In this document: positions 56,686-64,000 of the stretch, in pieces | How positions within the stretch are numbered: position 1 is the first letter of the stretch | How the letters are laid out: each line of letters opens with the position of its first letter | Assembly: GCA_002269645.1 (NCBI GenBank) | Contig: NIVC01002002.1 | Span: 1 to 64,000 of the forward strand | Origin: Macrostomum lignano | Lineage: Eukaryota | Reading direction: 5' to 3' | Length of the DNA: 64,000 bases | Notes under the pieces: generated by a model | The model's database searches: none | Told to the model about the DNA's origin: nothing | The model's input: only the letters and a program-made list of their open reading frames with translations | Program-made: the position numbers and the translations under genes

Positions 56686-57860
56686 ATTAGAGAGGGGAGA
56701 TCAGAGAGGGGGGATCAGAGAGGGGAGATCAAAGAGGGGAGATCAGAGAGGGGAGATCAGAGAGGGTAGATCAGAGAGGGGAGATCAGAGAGGGGAGATC
56801 AGAAAGGGGAGATCAAAGAGGGTAGATCAGAGAGGGGAGATCAGAGAGGGGAGATCAGAAAGGGGAGATCAAAGAGGGGAGATCAGAGAGGGAAGATCAG
56901 AGAGGGTAGATCAGAGAGGGGAGATCAGAAAGGGGAGATCAAAGAAGGTAGATCAGAGAGGGTAGATCAGAGAGGGGAGATCAGAGAGGGAAGATCAGAG
57001 AGGGTAGATCATAGAGGGGAGATCAGAAAGGGGAGATCAAAGAAGGTAGATCAGAGAGGGTAGATCAGAGAGGGGAGATCAGAGAGGGGAGATCAGAGAG
57101 GGTAGATCAGAGAGGGGAGATCAGAAAGGGGAGATCAAAGAGGGGAGATCAGAGAGGGTAGATCAGAGAGGGGAGATCAGAGAGGGTAGATCAGAGAGGG
57201 TAGATCAGAGAGGGGAGATCAGAGAGGGGAGATCAGAGAGGGTAGATCAGAGAGGGGAGATCAGAAAGGGGAGATCAAAGAAGGTAGATCAGAGAGGGTA
57301 GATCAGAGAGGGGAGATCAGAGAGGGAAGATCAGAGAGGGTAGATCATAGAGGGGAGATCAGAAAGGGGAGATCAAAGAAGGTAGATCAGAGAGGGGAGA
57401 TCAGAGAGGGGAGATCAGAGAGGGGAGATCAGAGAGGGTAGATCAGAGAGGGGAGATCAGAGAGGGGAGATCAAAGAGGGGAGATCAGAGAGGGTAGATC
57501 AGAGAGGGGAGATCAGAGAGGGTAGATCAGAGAGGGTAGATCAGAGAGGGGAGATCAGAGAGGGGAGATCAGAGAGGGTAGATCAGAGAGGGGAGATCAG
57601 AAAGGGGAGATCAAAGAGGGGAGATCAGAGAGGGTAGATCAGAGAGGGGAGATCAGAGAGGGGAGATCAGAGAGGGTAGATCAGAGAGGGTAGATCAGAG
57701 AGGGTAGATCAGAGAGGGTAGATCAGAGAGGGTAGATCAGAGAGGGTAGATCAGAGAGGGGAGATCAGAGAGGGGAGATCAAAGAGGGGAGATCAGAGAG
57801 GGTAGATCAGAGAGGGTAGATCAGAGAGGGGAGATCAGAGAGGGGAGATCAGTGAGAGGA
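56686..57860. repeat. 14-bp minisatellite (GATCAGAGAGGG(G/T)A)
   Basis: Direct inspection. Confidence 0.96.
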
Positions 57861-58326
57861 TATCATAGAGGGAAGAGCACGGAAAAGAGAAAATTTATTA
57901 TTATTCCTAGAAAAGTTTTTTTTGTACTTAGAAGACGATTTAAATGTTGCTGCGCTTGTTTATTATATACTAGATCAGCTCGTCTGTTAATTTTAGCAGA
58001 TTATTTAATTTTCCATTAAACTTGATTACCCCTACAACAATGCAAATGTATTGAAAAGAAAGATAAAGCTAAAATTTAAATTTAAATGACACTTAGAAAC
58101 TAAAGATGAATATCAAATTATTTTACTAGAGTATTTACAGCAGTGTAGATGAGTAATTGACTACTTCTTAGTAATAGAATTCGTCTCAGGCCGCAAAAAT
58201 TCGCAATCGCAACTCTGACAAGAAACAAAATTTATCCAATGAATGGTTGGCTGTTTGAAGAAGTTAGTTAAATTGATTTCGGCTGTCGAAAAATCACTTG
58301 TCCGAATGTGCGCATGGAAAGTGCAT

Positions 58327-58720
58327 TCATTCACCCACTGTCGTGCACTCATTCACCCACTGTCGTGCACTCATTCACCCACTGTCGTGCACTCATTCAC
58401 CCACTGTCGTGCACTCATTCACCCACTGTCGTGCACTCATTCACCCACTGTCGTGCACTCATTCACCCACTGTCGTGCACTCATTCACCCACTGTCGTGC
58501 ACTCATTCACCCACTGTCGTGCACTCATTCACCCACTGTCGTGCACTCACTCACCCACTGTCGTGCACTCATTCACCCACTGTCGTGCACTCATTCACCC
58601 ACTGTCGTGCACTCATTCACCCACTGTCGTAAACTCATTCACCCACTATCGTGAACTCACCCACCAACTGTCGTGAACTCACCCACCCTCTGTCGTGAAC
58701 TCACTCACCCACTGTTGTGC
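58327..58720. repeat. 22-bp minisatellite (CACTCATTCACCCACTGTCGTG)
   Basis: Direct inspection. Confidence 0.96.
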
Positions 58721-58907
58721 ACTTATTTACCAAATATTTTGACCTCATTCACCAATGATTATCTGACTTTAAAACTTGTGAACTGATTCACCAGTTCTTG
58801 AGAACTCATTCACTAATTTAAAGGTCCGTATAAAAATAACCAGAAGTTAGCGTATTTGATTGCCCAGACAAAGACTTGTTAACAAGCCTCAATAGAGATT
58901 GAAGCAA

Positions 58908-63615
<4,708 letters not shown>

Positions 63616-63654
63616 CTGAAATTTTTAGAGAAAATCTACCGCCGTCAGGATGGC

Positions 63655-63932
63655 GAACGTATATAGTAGTATCAGTATATACATAGCTGTATCAGTATAT
63701 ACATAGCAGTATCAGTATGTACATAGTAGTATCCCAGTATTTACATAGTAGTATCAGTATTTACATAGTAGTATCAGTATGTACATAGTAGTATCATGGC
63801 GAACGTATATAGTAGTATCAGTATGTTCATAGTAGTATCAGTATGTATATAGTAGTATCAGTATGTTCATAGTAGTATCAGTATGTATATAGTAGTATCA
63901 TGGCGAACGTACATAGTAGTATCAGTATGTAA
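63655..63932. repeat. 20-bp minisatellite (ATAGTAGTATCAGTATGTAC) in a PKG intron
   Basis: Direct inspection. Confidence 0.92.
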
Positions 63933-64000
63933 AGAGTGTTTGAATTTTTTTTCAATAGCTAGACATTTATAATAGCGCACCTCTTTAAGAAGTCCATGTA

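Overview
Animal (eukaryotic) genomic DNA with spliceosomal introns, very rich in micro- and minisatellites. The mix of GC-rich, Ala/Gln-tract exons and satellite-filled introns is suggestive of a flatworm such as Macrostomum, but that is an unverified inference. Host genes: an intronless moody/Tre1/melatonin-receptor-like GPCR (12.6-13.9 kb), a 4-exon C2H2 zinc-finger gene (21.8-25.5 kb), a possible 6-exon orphan gene (29.1-34.4 kb), an intronless myosuppressin-receptor (DmsR/Srw)-like GPCR (35.2-36.5 kb), a 5-exon tachykinin-receptor-like GPCR with a GC-AG intron (45.5-49.9 kb), and the last 9 exons of a cGMP-dependent protein kinase (58.9-63.6 kb). Mobile elements: the 3' part of a Mag-like Ty3/Gypsy element with a 110-bp LTR, a full-length decayed mariner inside a GPCR intron, a tRNA-headed CORE(MIR)-type SINE, a triple-hairpin non-autonomous element, and a Penelope-like element whose terminal direct repeats each contain a (GATA)n array. 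Most long ORFs in the supplied track are artefacts of tandem repeats. No CRISPR array, rRNA or functional tRNA was found. All coordinates and splice models were worked out by hand, and no database searches were run.
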